Shown here in pieces: positions 18,627 through 30,843 of a DNA stretch of 64,000 bases (position 1 is its first letter; the number at the start of each line of letters is the position of its first letter). Origin of the DNA: an uncultured bacterium (GTDB lineage: Bacteria > Acidobacteriota > HRBIN11 > JAKEFK01); NCBI GenBank assembly GCA_963777505.1, contig CAVZQN010000004.1:672001-736000 (forward strand), written 5' to 3'. Both the position numbers and the translations under genes were made by a program. The notes under the pieces are model-generated. The model did no database searches, had not been told where the DNA came from, and worked only from the letters and a program-made list of their open reading frames with translations.

Positions 18627-20587
18627 ACCAGGGGCGTTGAAAGCTTTTTTATAGCTTGTCCAAGTTGTTCATGTGCACCCCAGAGAACAACGACATCATT
18701 TTCCTCTAACTTAAAATTTGCTCCTGGATTGTTTACTGCCGACTCTCCACGGATCACTGCAATCACAGATGCTCCTGTTTCTTTCCTCAAATCCAATTCC
18801 TGCAAAGTTCTATTATTGCCCGGCGATTCTGGACTGATCACAATTTGTTGAACGGTACTCTTTAAAAATAACTCGGAAACTTTCAGAAGACGGTCTTGTG
18901 TTAATGAGAGTCCGCGCAGCATTCCATAACTACCGGAACGGATCACTTCGACTTGCTGATTGATCAGATGGTCAGGGATATTGTATTGCTCAAGAACCCG
19001 CGAGAAGATTTCTATCGAGGTTTCGAATTCTTCCGGGATTACATAATTTGCACCAAGACGCATCAAGCTATCAACTTCTGCCACATAACGAGTTCGCACA
19101 ACAATAACAACTTTCGAACTTAAATCGCGGACAAGGGAAACGACTCTGCGAGTTGCAGCCATGTCACTAATAGCTATGACTACGACACGGGCAGTTTCAA
19201 CGTTAGCGAGACTTAAAACGTCTTTGCGCGTTGCATCGCCAAACAAAACAGGCATCTTTTCTTTCTTTGCTTCCTTTACGAGTTGATCGTTCAACTCAAT
19301 CACAACAAAGGAAGTGCCGATGTCTCTGACAACACGCGCAAGATTTTTCCCATTCAATCCGAAGCCTACAATCACGAGATGGTCTTTTAATGTTGCCTTG
19401 TCTGCATCCTTCAAGTCTGTAGGTAGTTTCAACACCTTTTGAATCTTCATTCCAAGTGGACCTGCAAGTAATATTGCGAAAGGCGTCAGGATCATCGTCA
19501 AGATTGAAGAAAACAGAATTATCTGGCTCAACGATTCAGGCATTAAATGATGTTCATGCGCTTGTTCGGCAAGAAGGAATGAGAATTCTCCAACCTGTGC
19601 TAAGCAAAATGCTGTGATCCATGCAACTCGGAATGTGGTTTTTGAAATGGAGAGAATTCCAAGAATAATCAGAGCTTTTCCCATAAGAACAAGAAGTGCA
19701 ATGCCGACACCTAATGGCCAATTTTCCAGAGATGCAGGAATGTTCAAAAGCATTCCGACTGAAATGAAGAAAATTGCGTTAAAAGTGTCACGGAAGGGCA
19801 AAACCTCAGCAAGAATTTGATGACTGTATACAGATTCTGAGATGACAAGCCCTGCAATGAAAGCTCCAATCGCTAGTGTGAGGCCGACTTGTGATGTTAT
19901 GTATGCCGTTCCAAGGCATAAGAAGAGTACAGTAATTAAAAACACATCTCTGTTTCGGAGCTGAACCACCTGGCTCAGCAAACGCGGAACGATGTATCGT
20001 GCGGCGACAATCAAAACAGCGATGGTGAGAAAAGCGAGCCCGAGTTGTTTCCCTAATTGAACTACATCAAATCCCTCTCCTGCCAGAGTTGGTACGAGAA
20101 GCATCATTGGAATTACGCAGACATCCTGGAAAATCAAAATCCCAACGGATGTACGGCCATGGGGTGCATCAATCTCAGCGCGGTCCGATAAAATCCGAAG
20201 AACGATTGCAGTACTGCTCAGTGCAAATAAAAACCCCAGGAAAATTCCCTGACGGATGGGAAGTCCAAACAACAGAGAAAGTCCTGCAGTTGCAAAAATT
20301 GTTACAACAACTTGAGCTAAACCTAGCCAAATGTATCGAAGTTTTTCTGAAAAAAGCTTTTCAAATGAAAACTCGAGGCCGATTGAAAACAAAAGCAAAA
20401 CTACGCCGATTTCTGCTAAGGATCGAACAGCTTCTGTTTCCGAAATCCATCCTGCGCCATATGGGCCGACAATCATTCCGGTGACAAGAAATCCAACAAT
20501 CGAAGGCAGTTTTAACTTATGAAACAAAAAACTAACCGGAATCGATACCGCCAATAAAATTAAAAAATCAGTAAGTAAACCAATCAT
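18623..20587 (-). CDS. CPA2/Kef-type cation:proton antiporter with TrkA-N and TrkA-C domains
   Basis: LLLFSIGLE, LSSTAIV, LIFQD, FFISVG, QVGEFSF, IVGFGLNG. Confidence 0.93.
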   Translation of the reverse strand: MIGLLTDFLILLAVSIPVSFLFHKLKLPSIVGFLVTGMIVGPYGAGWISETEAVRSLAEIGVVLLLFSIGLEFSFEKLFSEKLRYIWLGLAQVVVTIFATAGLSLLFGLPIRQGIFLGFLFALSSTAIVLRILSDRAEIDAPHGRTSVGILIFQDVCVIPMMLLVPTLAGEGFDVVQLGKQLGLAFLTIAVLIVAARYIVPRLLSQVVQLRNRDVFLITVLFLCLGTAYITSQVGLTLAIGAFIAGLVISESVYSHQILAEVLPFRDTFNAIFFISVGMLLNIPASLENWPLGVGIALLVLMGKALIILGILSISKTTFRVAWITAFCLAQVGEFSFLLAEQAHEHHLMPESLSQIILFSSILTMILTPFAILLAGPLGMKIQKVLKLPTDLKDADKATLKDHLVIVGFGLNGKNLARVVRDIGTSFVVIELNDQLVKEAKKEKMPVLFGDATRKDVLSLANVETARVVVIAISDMAATRRVVSLVRDLSSKVVIVVRTRYVAEVDSLMRLGANYVIPEEFETSIEIFSRVLEQYNIPDHLINQQVEVIRSGSYGMLRGLSLTQDRLLKVSELFLKSTVQQIVISPESPGNNRTLQELDLRKETGASVIAVIRGESAVNNPGANFKLEENDVVVLWGAHEQLGQAIKKLSTPLV

Positions 20588-20643
20588 ATTTAAGAGTACA
20601 AAGATGATATCCTAATCGATCATTTTGATAACACAAGCAGTTT

Positions 20644-21324
20644 ATGGTTGAAATTCCATACAAGCCTCAGGATCCTGGCAGCATTAAATTGTTGTTCACA
20701 CGGATTGCCAAAAATTACGATCTGACAAATCATGTCATTTCCTTTGGCCTGGATGTGTTATGGCGAAAGAAATTTGCGCGGCTTTTTCAAGATCGAAAAA
20801 GAATTGCAGATATTTGCTGCGGCTCGGGTGCTTTTCTACCGTTAATGAAAGGAAGAATCGCAGCTGGTTTGGATTTCACGCATGCGATGTTGCTGATTGC
20901 AAAAGAAAAGAATCCAGCAGTACCACTTGTGGAAGGGGATGCCCAAAAACTTCCATTCAATTCAGAAATCTTCGATGCCACAGTGATCGTCTACAGCATT
21001 CGGAACATTCCTGATGTCTCATCATGTCTTCGTGAGTTATATCGTGTGCTACAACCCGGCGGAAAACTTGGCATTCTGGATTTCGGCGTCCCTGAAGGAA
21101 AAGTAATGAACGCACTCTACCGTTTTTACTTTATGAAAATTTTGCCAGTGATTGGCAGCCTTGTGGCCCGGGATCCCAGCTCATACCATTACTTTGCGAA
21201 TTCAGTTATTAACTTTCCAAAACGAGATGCATTTGTGAAATTAATCAGTGATGCTGGATTCAGGAATGCACACTATCAGCAATACATGCTCGGCGCCGCA
21301 TTGGTATATCTGGCAGAAAAATAG
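20644..21324 (+). CDS. menG: UbiE/MenG family (demethylmenaquinone) methyltransferase
   Basis: FTRIAKNYDLTNHVISFGLDVLWR, DICCGSG, RVLQPGG. Confidence 0.85.
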   Translation: MVEIPYKPQDPGSIKLLFTRIAKNYDLTNHVISFGLDVLWRKKFARLFQDRKRIADICCGSGAFLPLMKGRIAAGLDFTHAMLLIAKEKNPAVPLVEGDAQKLPFNSEIFDATVIVYSIRNIPDVSSCLRELYRVLQPGGKLGILDFGVPEGKVMNALYRFYFMKILPVIGSLVARDPSSYHYFANSVINFPKRDAFVKLISDAGFRNAHYQQYMLGAALVYLAEK

Positions 21325-21347
21325 TTAACCGCAAAGACTCAGAGTGT

Positions 21348-22487
21348 TTAATCGGCGGAGACAGCTTTGCCGGGCGGCGTCATTAACGTACCTTCCTTGC
21401 GGTAACGATCGAATAGGTGACCCCATGGAGATTCTTGACGCCACTGAACGTACGTCTTTTTATCGATCATATTCCAACGGTAGTAATCATGGTACGTTTC
21501 GGAAACAAGGTTTGGAAAATGAACAACAGGAGTATGAAAGATTAATTTCTGGAAAACTTTCGTTGGACCAAACCACGCAAGATAACCCAGCATACTTAAG
21601 AAAGTTTTTGTAACCTTGAATCCCCAATTTTCATTTGCGACTTCAGTATTGCCAACGATTTCAATTTCCCTCGGATCGCCAACACCGAGGCCTGCTTCAT
21701 GGGCAAGACGTATGTATTTAATAGACATTGGATCAAAACCCATGAGCTTTGCTGCAACTGCATCGATCGCGACTTGATCGCCTGAAGCCAGAATCACATC
21801 TTTTTTCTCCGGCTTCATTATTCGCGGACCAGCCCCGTTGCCTGCGGTGGTTCCATCCATTAATGCAAAAATTCCAGAATGGATCTCCTTCTGTATATGC
21901 AGCAGATCAACCAGAGTTTCGTGAATTACGCTATGCGTATAATGCCGTTTTTCATTGAGCAGTCCGCCGAATGCATTTTTCATTGCACCGGTTGTATTTG
22001 TGTAAATGTGCGTTTTTACGGTAGGGAGATGGACAATGTTTTTACCGAAAAAGAATTCAGGAATCCGGATGTGATCATGATAAATGTCGTTCAGGACTAG
22101 CATCTTCGCTTTTGGTTTGTAATGAATCCATTGCATGTCCTGGACCCGGAAATTAAAAAGGACTGGAACATCATGCGTCTTGCAGATAGGCCAGTAACCA
22201 TTCAGATCCGTACCTTTGAAAGCGTTTGTGACTACAGTCTTGTTTTGAACACACGACAAATCGTTATAGCCGGCATTTCGTAAATGCACGATGGATGCTT
22301 CTAATTGCCATGGAGTTGTGTTTGCTCCCGGAAAAGGAAAATGCCAGGAGATGTTATCTTTCAGGATTGTGTGAGCGGAAGGATCCAGAAAACTTTTTAC
22401 ATTAGCCAGTTCAAGGAGACGGCCATAGTCATCCAGTACCTTCTCCGGAGCTGTTCGTATGATTGCAACTTTCGATTTTGTAGTCAT
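21348..22487 (-). CDS. DUF362 family protein; start moved to ATG 22487
   Basis: LKDNISWH, LPTVKTH..TTGAMKNAFGG, GNGAGP, DQVAIDA; TATAAT 7 nt upstream of the ATG. Confidence 0.8.
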   Translation of the reverse strand: MTTKSKVAIIRTAPEKVLDDYGRLLELANVKSFLDPSAHTILKDNISWHFPFPGANTTPWQLEASIVHLRNAGYNDLSCVQNKTVVTNAFKGTDLNGYWPICKTHDVPVLFNFRVQDMQWIHYKPKAKMLVLNDIYHDHIRIPEFFFGKNIVHLPTVKTHIYTNTTGAMKNAFGGLLNEKRHYTHSVIHETLVDLLHIQKEIHSGIFALMDGTTAGNGAGPRIMKPEKKDVILASGDQVAIDAVAAKLMGFDPMSIKYIRLAHEAGLGVGDPREIEIVGNTEVANENWGFKVTKTFLSMLGYLAWFGPTKVFQKLIFHTPVVHFPNLVSETYHDYYRWNMIDKKTYVQWRQESPWGHLFDRYRKEGTLMTPPGKAVSAD

Positions 22488-22520
22488 AGTCTCTATTATA
22501 CTAACCGCGAAGACACAGAG

Positions 22521-22554
22521 AAAGAAAAGGCGTGGCAGCAAGCACCACCACGCC
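22521..22554 (-). terminator. Intrinsic terminator of groESL
   Basis: GGCGTGG/CCACGCC stem followed on the - strand by TTTTCTTT. Confidence 0.65.
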
Positions 22555-22587
22555 CATTTTTAATTTTTGATCTTTAATCTTTTATTT

Positions 22588-24533
<1,946 letters not shown>

Positions 24534-24605
24534 ATGTGTAACCTCCGATATCTTATAAATGAAGTGTTTTAAGTTCTTTAGATGCTATTTTTGCAGATAA
24601 CTCTG

Positions 24606-24632
24606 TTAGCACTCATCTTCTAGGAGTGCTAA
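24606..24632. promoter_or_regulatory. CIRCE element (HrcA operator) upstream of groES
   Basis: Perfect TTAGCACTC-N9-GAGTGCTAA; TTGCAG-17-TATTAT on the - strand directly upstream. Confidence 0.95.
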
Positions 24633-24678
24633 TAATATAGGATATTTCAAGAGCCTGCAAGGGGCATTTTGAAGTGGC

Positions 24679-25563
24679 TTATCCCAGATCAGTCCCGGTA
24701 ATCCATTTATAAATCTCTTTATATTTGGAGGATGTCCCTTGAATGATCTCGTCAGGTAATTGCGGCGCGGGGGGCTTTTTGTCCCAGCCAATTTTCTCGA
24801 GGTAATCGCGCACATATTGCTTATCCAGACTCTTTTGTCCCCGTCCTGCCCCATACGTATCGGCGGGCCAGAAACGTGAAGAATCCGGGGTAAGCACCTC
24901 ATCGCAAAGAATGATTTTGTCTTCGTACATGCCAAATTCAAATTTTGTATCTGCGATGATAATTCCACGTTCCAGAGCATAATCTGCAGCTTTCTGGTAA
25001 ATCCTGAGAGTTAAATCGCGAAGTTTTGAGGCTGTTTCTTGACCGATTATGTTCGCGCTTTCTTCAAAACTGATATTAATATCGTGTCCGGTTTGTGATT
25101 TTGTAGCGGGTGTAAAAATCGGCTCTGGAAGTTTTGAAGATTCCTCAAGACCGGCAGGCAAAGCAATGCCACAAACTTTTTTCGTTTCCTGATACTCTTT
25201 CCAGCCCGATCCGGAAAGATATCCGCGCGCGACACACTCGATTGGAAACATCCGAGCTTTCTTAACCATCATAGAACGTCCGTTTAGCTCAGGATACTTT
25301 TTCAAGCCTTCTGGAAACTGGTTAAAGCTTGCTGTAATCAAATGGTTGTCGACGATCTCTTTCAGAAATTGAAACCAAAACAATGAAATCTGGGTTAATA
25401 CTTTTCCCTTATCAGGAATTGGATTAGGGAGGATGTAATCGAATGCGGAGATCCGGTCGGTAGCAACGAATAATAGTGAATTATCGAGTTCGTAAATATC
25501 ACGAACTTTTCCGCGCGCCTTAAGCGGATATTCCGCAATTTTAGTTTCAGAAACGGTATTCAT
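24679..25563 (-). CDS. purC: SAICAR synthetase
   Basis: GKVRDIY, TDRISAFD, IADTKFEFG, DEVLTPDSSRFW. Confidence 0.97.
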   Translation of the reverse strand: MNTVSETKIAEYPLKARGKVRDIYELDNSLLFVATDRISAFDYILPNPIPDKGKVLTQISLFWFQFLKEIVDNHLITASFNQFPEGLKKYPELNGRSMMVKKARMFPIECVARGYLSGSGWKEYQETKKVCGIALPAGLEESSKLPEPIFTPATKSQTGHDINISFEESANIIGQETASKLRDLTLRIYQKAADYALERGIIIADTKFEFGMYEDKIILCDEVLTPDSSRFWPADTYGAGRGQKSLDKQYVRDYLEKIGWDKKPPAPQLPDEIIQGTSSKYKEIYKWITGTDLG

Positions 25564-25651
25564 AGCAACTCCAGGAAAAATAAATTATTCCGCGCTCGAA
25601 TGATGCGGCAGGACAACAAGTATAATCGTTGAAGGAAAGTCTTAGCAAGGC

Positions 25652-26245
25652 ATGGCGGGAGACTATAAACAAGATCCGGATGTTCAACTGATGTTGAACG
25701 CTGGCGTGGGCGATCTTCAGTCTTTTGAAAAGCTTGTTTTAAAGCATCAAAAATCTGTTTTAAACGCTGCCTATCGATACACTGGAAATCCTTCCGTTGC
25801 TGAAGAACTGGCACAGGATGTTTTCGTGCGTGTGTTTCGCGCAGCTTCTTCCTACAAACCTGAAGCCCGCTTTTCAACATGGTTATTTACAATCGTTCGG
25901 AACGTTTGCAGCAACTACAGGGCCCGCGAAGGAAAACAAGATCACCAAATTGATGCTGAAGCCGACTTACCTTCAATTGCTCAGGATGATGAGAATCCTG
26001 AACAAACTGCAATCCGGCGGGAATTCGAATGCAAAATTCAAAAAGCAATTCTTGCATTGCCCGAGAGTTTACGGATGCCTTTGATTTTGAGCCAGTTTCA
26101 ACAAATGCCATACGAAGAAATTGCCGGGATCTTGGAGCTATCGGTAGCTGCCGTGAAAGTCAGAATTTTTCGAGCACGCCAGGCTCTAGCAGAAATGCTT
26201 TTGGAAACTCAACCTACTATGCACAGGCGTGTAACCGGCAGGTGA
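25652..26245 (+). CDS. ECF sigma-70 factor
   Basis: AEELAQDVFVRV, FSTWLFTIVRN, YEEIAGIL..VKVRIFRAR. Confidence 0.93.
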   Translation: MAGDYKQDPDVQLMLNAGVGDLQSFEKLVLKHQKSVLNAAYRYTGNPSVAEELAQDVFVRVFRAASSYKPEARFSTWLFTIVRNVCSNYRAREGKQDHQIDAEADLPSIAQDDENPEQTAIRREFECKIQKAILALPESLRMPLILSQFQQMPYEEIAGILELSVAAVKVRIFRARQALAEMLLETQPTMHRRVTGR

Positions 26246-26275
26246 AGCGAGGGTTAAAATATATGAGGAAGACTT

Positions 26276-26914
26276 ATGAATTCTGAATCGCATGTTAACG
26301 AGAATATTCCTGCGTATCTTGCAGGAGAACTGAACGATGAAGAGCGTCGTACGGTAGAACTTCATTTAAACGATTGCAAAACATGCAAACACGAACTGGA
26401 GAATCAAAAAAAACTTGATGAAATCCTCTCACAGGCTCAATCCATTGAGGCTCGGCCAGAATTATTACAAGGTGTAATTCAGCAAGTTCGTATTCAACAG
26501 AAAACCGTAAGCTTTTCTAGACGGATACTTCCATGGCTGGCGGCTGCGGCTGTCATTGCTGTAGTTTTGTTTTTGCTGAAAATTCAAAAAGATTCACCTG
26601 CTCCAGTTGAGCAGGTCAAGAAATCACCGATTATCAAACCGGAAATTTCACCAGAGCCACAGCCAACACCAAAGTTCGAACCAATCCAACCCAAACCAGA
26701 ACCTGAACCTCAAATCACAAAAAAGGATAAGGAGATTCCTGTGCCACTCCCTCAGCCGGAAAAACCAGAGGAGATTCCGCATCTGACTCCTGAAGAGGCC
26801 GAAGTCGTTGCACAGCTGGATGAACTGGAAGAAATGGAATTAATTTCGAATTATGAAAATCTCGAAAATTTGGAACTCGCTTTGATCGGCGAAGGGAATG
26901 AGAGCTTGCAGTGA
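26276..26914 (+). CDS. zf-HC2 anti-sigma factor with TM helix and Pro-rich tail
   Basis: HLNDCKTC motif; TM helix; directly downstream of ECF. Confidence 0.88.
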   Translation: MNSESHVNENIPAYLAGELNDEERRTVELHLNDCKTCKHELENQKKLDEILSQAQSIEARPELLQGVIQQVRIQQKTVSFSRRILPWLAAAAVIAVVLFLLKIQKDSPAPVEQVKKSPIIKPEISPEPQPTPKFEPIQPKPEPEPQITKKDKEIPVPLPQPEKPEEIPHLTPEEAEVVAQLDELEEMELISNYENLENLELALIGEGNESLQ

Positions 26915-27444
26915 AATTCGCTTTATCAATCTTAATCATCTTTTTCTTTGCGGCGTCTCTGTTTTCGCAGGAGAAACCAAAAGATGATTCGCGTTATAAA
27001 CAAAATCTTGAACGCTGGAATAAGCTGACTCCCGAACAAAAAAATGAGATGCGCAAAAGATATGAAAAACTGCGCTCAATGTCAGATCAGGAACGGAATC
27101 AATTTCATAAGAAAGCAGAAAGGTTTAAGAATCTAAGCCCCGAGCAAAAAGAGATCTTGCGAAAGAAAATGGAGATTTATCGTGATTTTCCTCCGGAACA
27201 AAAGCAAACCATTGAACGATTCATTAAGCGAATTCAAAAGATGCCGCCAAAACGCAGGCAAATGCTGGAGCGAAGGATTCAAAAGTTGAAAACGCTGCCG
27301 CCTGAAAGACGAGAAATGTTTTTGAAGCAAAAACGCTTTTGGAATGAAATGAATGAAGAACAACGCGAAGGGCTGCGTAAATTTTTCTTTTCAGAAAATT
27401 CACCATTCAGTGAAGACAGCAACGACTCCGAGTCTAACGAATAA
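26911..27444 (+). CDS. Exported helical repeat protein (DUF3106-like)
   Basis: Signal peptide; repeated W/F..L.PEQK/R units; typical third gene of ECF/anti-sigma loci. Confidence 0.75.
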   Translation: MKFALSILIIFFFAASLFSQEKPKDDSRYKQNLERWNKLTPEQKNEMRKRYEKLRSMSDQERNQFHKKAERFKNLSPEQKEILRKKMEIYRDFPPEQKQTIERFIKRIQKMPPKRRQMLERRIQKLKTLPPERREMFLKQKRFWNEMNEEQREGLRKFFFSENSPFSEDSNDSESNE

Positions 27445-28573
27445 AGAGACCCGCAAAATATATGATGCAGAGTGCATAAAAAAATAATCTGGCACTCTTC
27501 GGACGGTTTGTTTTCCAGTAGTGCCACACTGCTGCAATGCAACCCGAAAATAAAATCAGCGCTACTGTCAAAGTCAACGAAGGCAGAGCGGTAAGCGTTC
27601 TTCCAATATCTCTTGCAATGCTATGAGATGTGAATTGAGATCCATACACAATCATTAAATGAAATGCGTAGACGAAAAGCGATTCCTGTCCAATCATGGC
27701 GAGCACTGAATTTTTCGGATTCCGCTTATGTTCGTAGAGCCATGTCATTGATAGCGTAAAAAACACAACACCGAGCCTCATCATAAAACTACGCGGACTT
27801 GCTCGTGCCACATCTGAATATGTGTGATAGGACCATGGCACATAAAACAACGCAAATGCACCCGCAGTCATTACTACTCCGGAAATGGCCAGAGTTGTAA
27901 AGTACGTCGCGTCTTTACCACTCGCTGCAGCTTTCAAATACACATAACCCATAAACGAGCCTAAGAAAGCATAGGCAGACCATGAGAATAATGGGAAAAG
28001 CGATCTGTATTGGTTGTTTACATAAACCGCGGCCCACATCGGTAAAAATTCGGCTGGATCGATTTCATATAGAAACGGTGTAACAAGAACGACCGCTATT
28101 CCAAGTGCCCCCAGAAAACAAATCAATACTGTTTTGTGGCGGATGATCAACGCCAGCAAAAGTGATATCAGCAATGAAATCGCAATGCACATCAATACAT
28201 CAGCACGCAAAAACCTGGTCAGGTCTGATCCGGTCAGGCTGATCATTCCTTTGAATGACCATAGAGTGGCATGAAGCCAGTAACCCAGGAAAAGAATGAA
28301 GAGCAATCGGCGGATTTGAAGAAATAGTGGTTTCTTAAATCCTAAAAAGTCATTCCATTTCTTTTCCAGTGTCAGAACAAATGCAAAACCAGCAATAAAG
28401 ATAAATGATGCTGAGATGCATCCATGAAAGATGTCGATGTAGTGAAATGTTCTTGTGTCCCGAATCGATTGAAGCATTGTGGCATTTGTGACATGCGCTT
28501 CAATCATGAAAAGCACACAAAAGCCCCGGAACATGTCGATGAACAGAAGGCGCTGGCGTTTTTGTTCGGCCAT
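27434..28573 (-). CDS. Membrane acyltransferase-like protein (DUF1624/HGSNAT-like)
   Basis: RLLFIDMFRG..FMIEAH, FPLFSW; ~10 TM helices. Confidence 0.75.
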   Translation of the reverse strand: MAEQKRQRLLFIDMFRGFCVLFMIEAHVTNATMLQSIRDTRTFHYIDIFHGCISASFIFIAGFAFVLTLEKKWNDFLGFKKPLFLQIRRLLFILFLGYWLHATLWSFKGMISLTGSDLTRFLRADVLMCIAISLLISLLLALIIRHKTVLICFLGALGIAVVLVTPFLYEIDPAEFLPMWAAVYVNNQYRSLFPLFSWSAYAFLGSFMGYVYLKAAASGKDATYFTTLAISGVVMTAGAFALFYVPWSYHTYSDVARASPRSFMMRLGVVFFTLSMTWLYEHKRNPKNSVLAMIGQESLFVYAFHLMIVYGSQFTSHSIARDIGRTLTALPSLTLTVALILFSGCIAAVWHYWKTNRPKSARLFFYALCIIYFAGLFIR

Positions 28574-28621
28574 TAATGTTTTGTAAAGGGAAGTAGAAGA
28601 CAACCCTTTAGATCCATCTCT

Positions 28622-29065
28622 CTAAAGCGACTCTAACAATTCAGCCGCATGTTTTGAAGGATTCACTTTTGGATGAACCTGACTAATTTTTCCTTCCGGA
28701 TCAATAACATAGGTGATGCGTTTTGCATAGCCCGCATCGGCAGAATCGCATGCTCCGTATTTAATTCCTATCTCCCTTGTTGTGTCGCAAAGTAGGGCAA
28801 ATGGAAAACCGAATTTTTTCGCAAAAGCTGCGTTATCTTCGATAGTATCAAAACTTGCACCAAGAACTTTTACATTCTTTTTCTCGAATTCCTGAAATAA
28901 CTCGCGGAACCCGCGGCCTTCAGCCGTTCAACCAGGTGTGTCGGCTTTCGGATAAAACCAAAGAACAACATGATTGCCGCGAAAATCAGCCAAACGGATG
29001 TCTTTCCCCGTATGATCTTTTGTGTGAAATTCAGGAGCGTCATCTCCAGCTTTTAACAAGCTCAT
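28622..29065 (-). CDS. Selenocysteine-containing peroxiredoxin (BCP/PrxQ type), 147 aa with Sec at codon 46; not in ORF track
   Basis: AAAGGAGGTG RBS; MSLLKAGDDAPEF..WFYPKADTPG[TGA]TAEGRGFR..GASFD..AKRITYVIDPEG; frame open to TAG at 28622. Confidence 0.9.
28892..28923 (-). promoter_or_regulatory. Candidate bacterial SECIS element
   Basis: CUGAA-GGC-CGCGG-GUU-CCGCG-A-GUU-AU-UUCAG hairpin; apical loop begins with G, 17 nt after the UGA. Confidence 0.75.
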
Positions 29066-29147
29066 TCGAACACCTCCTTTGAAATCTGTGGCGACGTCAG
29101 ATTGATGTAGATATTATAAATGGATTCATGAGTAATGGATTAATGGA

Positions 29148-30842
29148 ATGATGGGTCGCGTTTCATATGCAGTTGTGATTTTACTCATCTTTTTCAATGC
29201 GATTGTATTGGCTGTTCCTTCTAGCGGTCCGGCTCAAAAGCTTTACGATGAAGATGGAGATAGGATCTTTGAAAATCTAAAACAACAGATGCAACGTGTT
29301 TCACAAACCGAAAAAATTCCTGTCTTAATTCGATATCGCGATGAAACGCCTCGCGCAGGCACTTATGCGGCCAGAATGTCACACGTTTTGAAATCCGGTT
29401 CATTAAGGTACAGCTTCAAAAATTTTCCGGGTGTTGCGGCTTCATTGAACGCAGACGAGATTAAACAAGTCCTAAATGATCCAATGGTTGAGCATCTTGA
29501 GTTTGACGGAGTGATTAAGAAAGCGATGGATGGAGCGCGTACGTCATTTGGAGTTCAGCAAGTCCGATCGCAGTTTGGTTTTGATGGAAATCGAGATATT
29601 CAATCAACGTATTCAACCACTGATGTTGTAACGGCCGTCATTGATACAGGAATTAATGCAAACCATCCAGATCTGCAAAACAAAGTTTTGTTTTGGAAAG
29701 ACTTTGTGAATTCACGCAATGAGCCCTACGATGATGACGGACACGGAACTGCTGTTGCTGGAGTGTTAGCTGGAACCGGAAAAGCGAATCGCCTGTATTC
29801 CGGAGTTGCGCCGGGTACATCACTTGTTGTTTTCAAGGTTTTAGATTCGAGTGGAAATGGCAGCATCTCTGATGGAATTGCAGCAGTTGATGAAACGATT
29901 TCCCGCAAATTGGAATTCAATATTCAGATTCTGAATTTAAGCTTATCGACTTCTGGAAGCTCAAATGGAAGAGACTCATTCTCACAAGTTTGCAATCGTG
30001 CCGTTTCAAATGGAATTGTTGTCATCGTTGCTGCTGGAAATGAAGGGCCGAATTCCCGAACAATCGGCGCGCCCGCAGCTTCAGCCAGTGCAATTACTGT
30101 TGGTGCTGGTGCTGATCTGAAAGAAAAAGGATTTTTTCTTGCTGATTTTTCGAGTCGTGGTCCAACTGCGGATGGGAGAATTAAACCAGATTTATGGGCA
30201 CCTGGTGTTAAGGTTCGAACTACACGGCGACAGGGCGGCTACCATGTTGTAGATGGAACCAGCTTTTCGGCTCCTTTTGTTTCTGGTGTTGTTGCCTTGA
30301 TGCTTGATGCAAATCCTGCGTTAAGGCCGGCAACAGTCAAGAATATTTTGACATCGACTGCGGTCCGTTGGATCAAACAAGCCAAAAATAATGAAGCCGG
30401 TTTCGGTAGATTGCAGGCATACCAGGCTGTCACTCGCGCGGCCTCAATCAGTGCAAATTTAAAGCCTCCCGTAGTCCCGGATACATTATCTTCAAGCGGC
30501 ACACTGAGCCCTGGAGCAACCCGAACGCTCGAAATTCCGGTGGCATCGATAAAGTATCCACTTGCAATCACTTGTATCGCCTTGAACTATCCTTCCGGCG
30601 ACATTGATCTGGAACTCTTGTCACCTAATGGTACTTTAATTGCTCGAGGAGCCACTCTCGACAGACAGGAGACGATCAAGCTTCTCCCGACGACACCAGG
30701 AAACTACATTTTGAGCATCAAAGCCGTAGGTTCAACACAGTTCGCAGTGACTGTTTCGGTTGATTTGGCTGGCGCAATTATTGCTACGAGTCCCAAATTC
30801 CACAATGCGGAACAGCCGGATGCACAATTAATTTCACATTAA
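29148..30842 (+). CDS. Secreted S8 subtilase with propeptide and C-terminal PPC-like domain
   Basis: Signal peptide; VIDTGI, GHGT, AAGNEG, GTSFSAP. Confidence 0.92.
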   Translation: MMGRVSYAVVILLIFFNAIVLAVPSSGPAQKLYDEDGDRIFENLKQQMQRVSQTEKIPVLIRYRDETPRAGTYAARMSHVLKSGSLRYSFKNFPGVAASLNADEIKQVLNDPMVEHLEFDGVIKKAMDGARTSFGVQQVRSQFGFDGNRDIQSTYSTTDVVTAVIDTGINANHPDLQNKVLFWKDFVNSRNEPYDDDGHGTAVAGVLAGTGKANRLYSGVAPGTSLVVFKVLDSSGNGSISDGIAAVDETISRKLEFNIQILNLSLSTSGSSNGRDSFSQVCNRAVSNGIVVIVAAGNEGPNSRTIGAPAASASAITVGAGADLKEKGFFLADFSSRGPTADGRIKPDLWAPGVKVRTTRRQGGYHVVDGTSFSAPFVSGVVALMLDANPALRPATVKNILTSTAVRWIKQAKNNEAGFGRLQAYQAVTRAASISANLKPPVVPDTLSSSGTLSPGATRTLEIPVASIKYPLAITCIALNYPSGDIDLELLSPNGTLIARGATLDRQETIKLLPTTPGNYILSIKAVGSTQFAVTVSVDLAGAIIATSPKFHNAEQPDAQLISH

Positions 30843-30843
30843 C

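Noticed and set aside
28622-29065. Peroxiredoxin as a nonsense pseudogene
   Set aside because: The single TGA falls exactly on the catalytic Cys, the rest is intact and a SECIS-like hairpin follows, so Sec is more parsimonious
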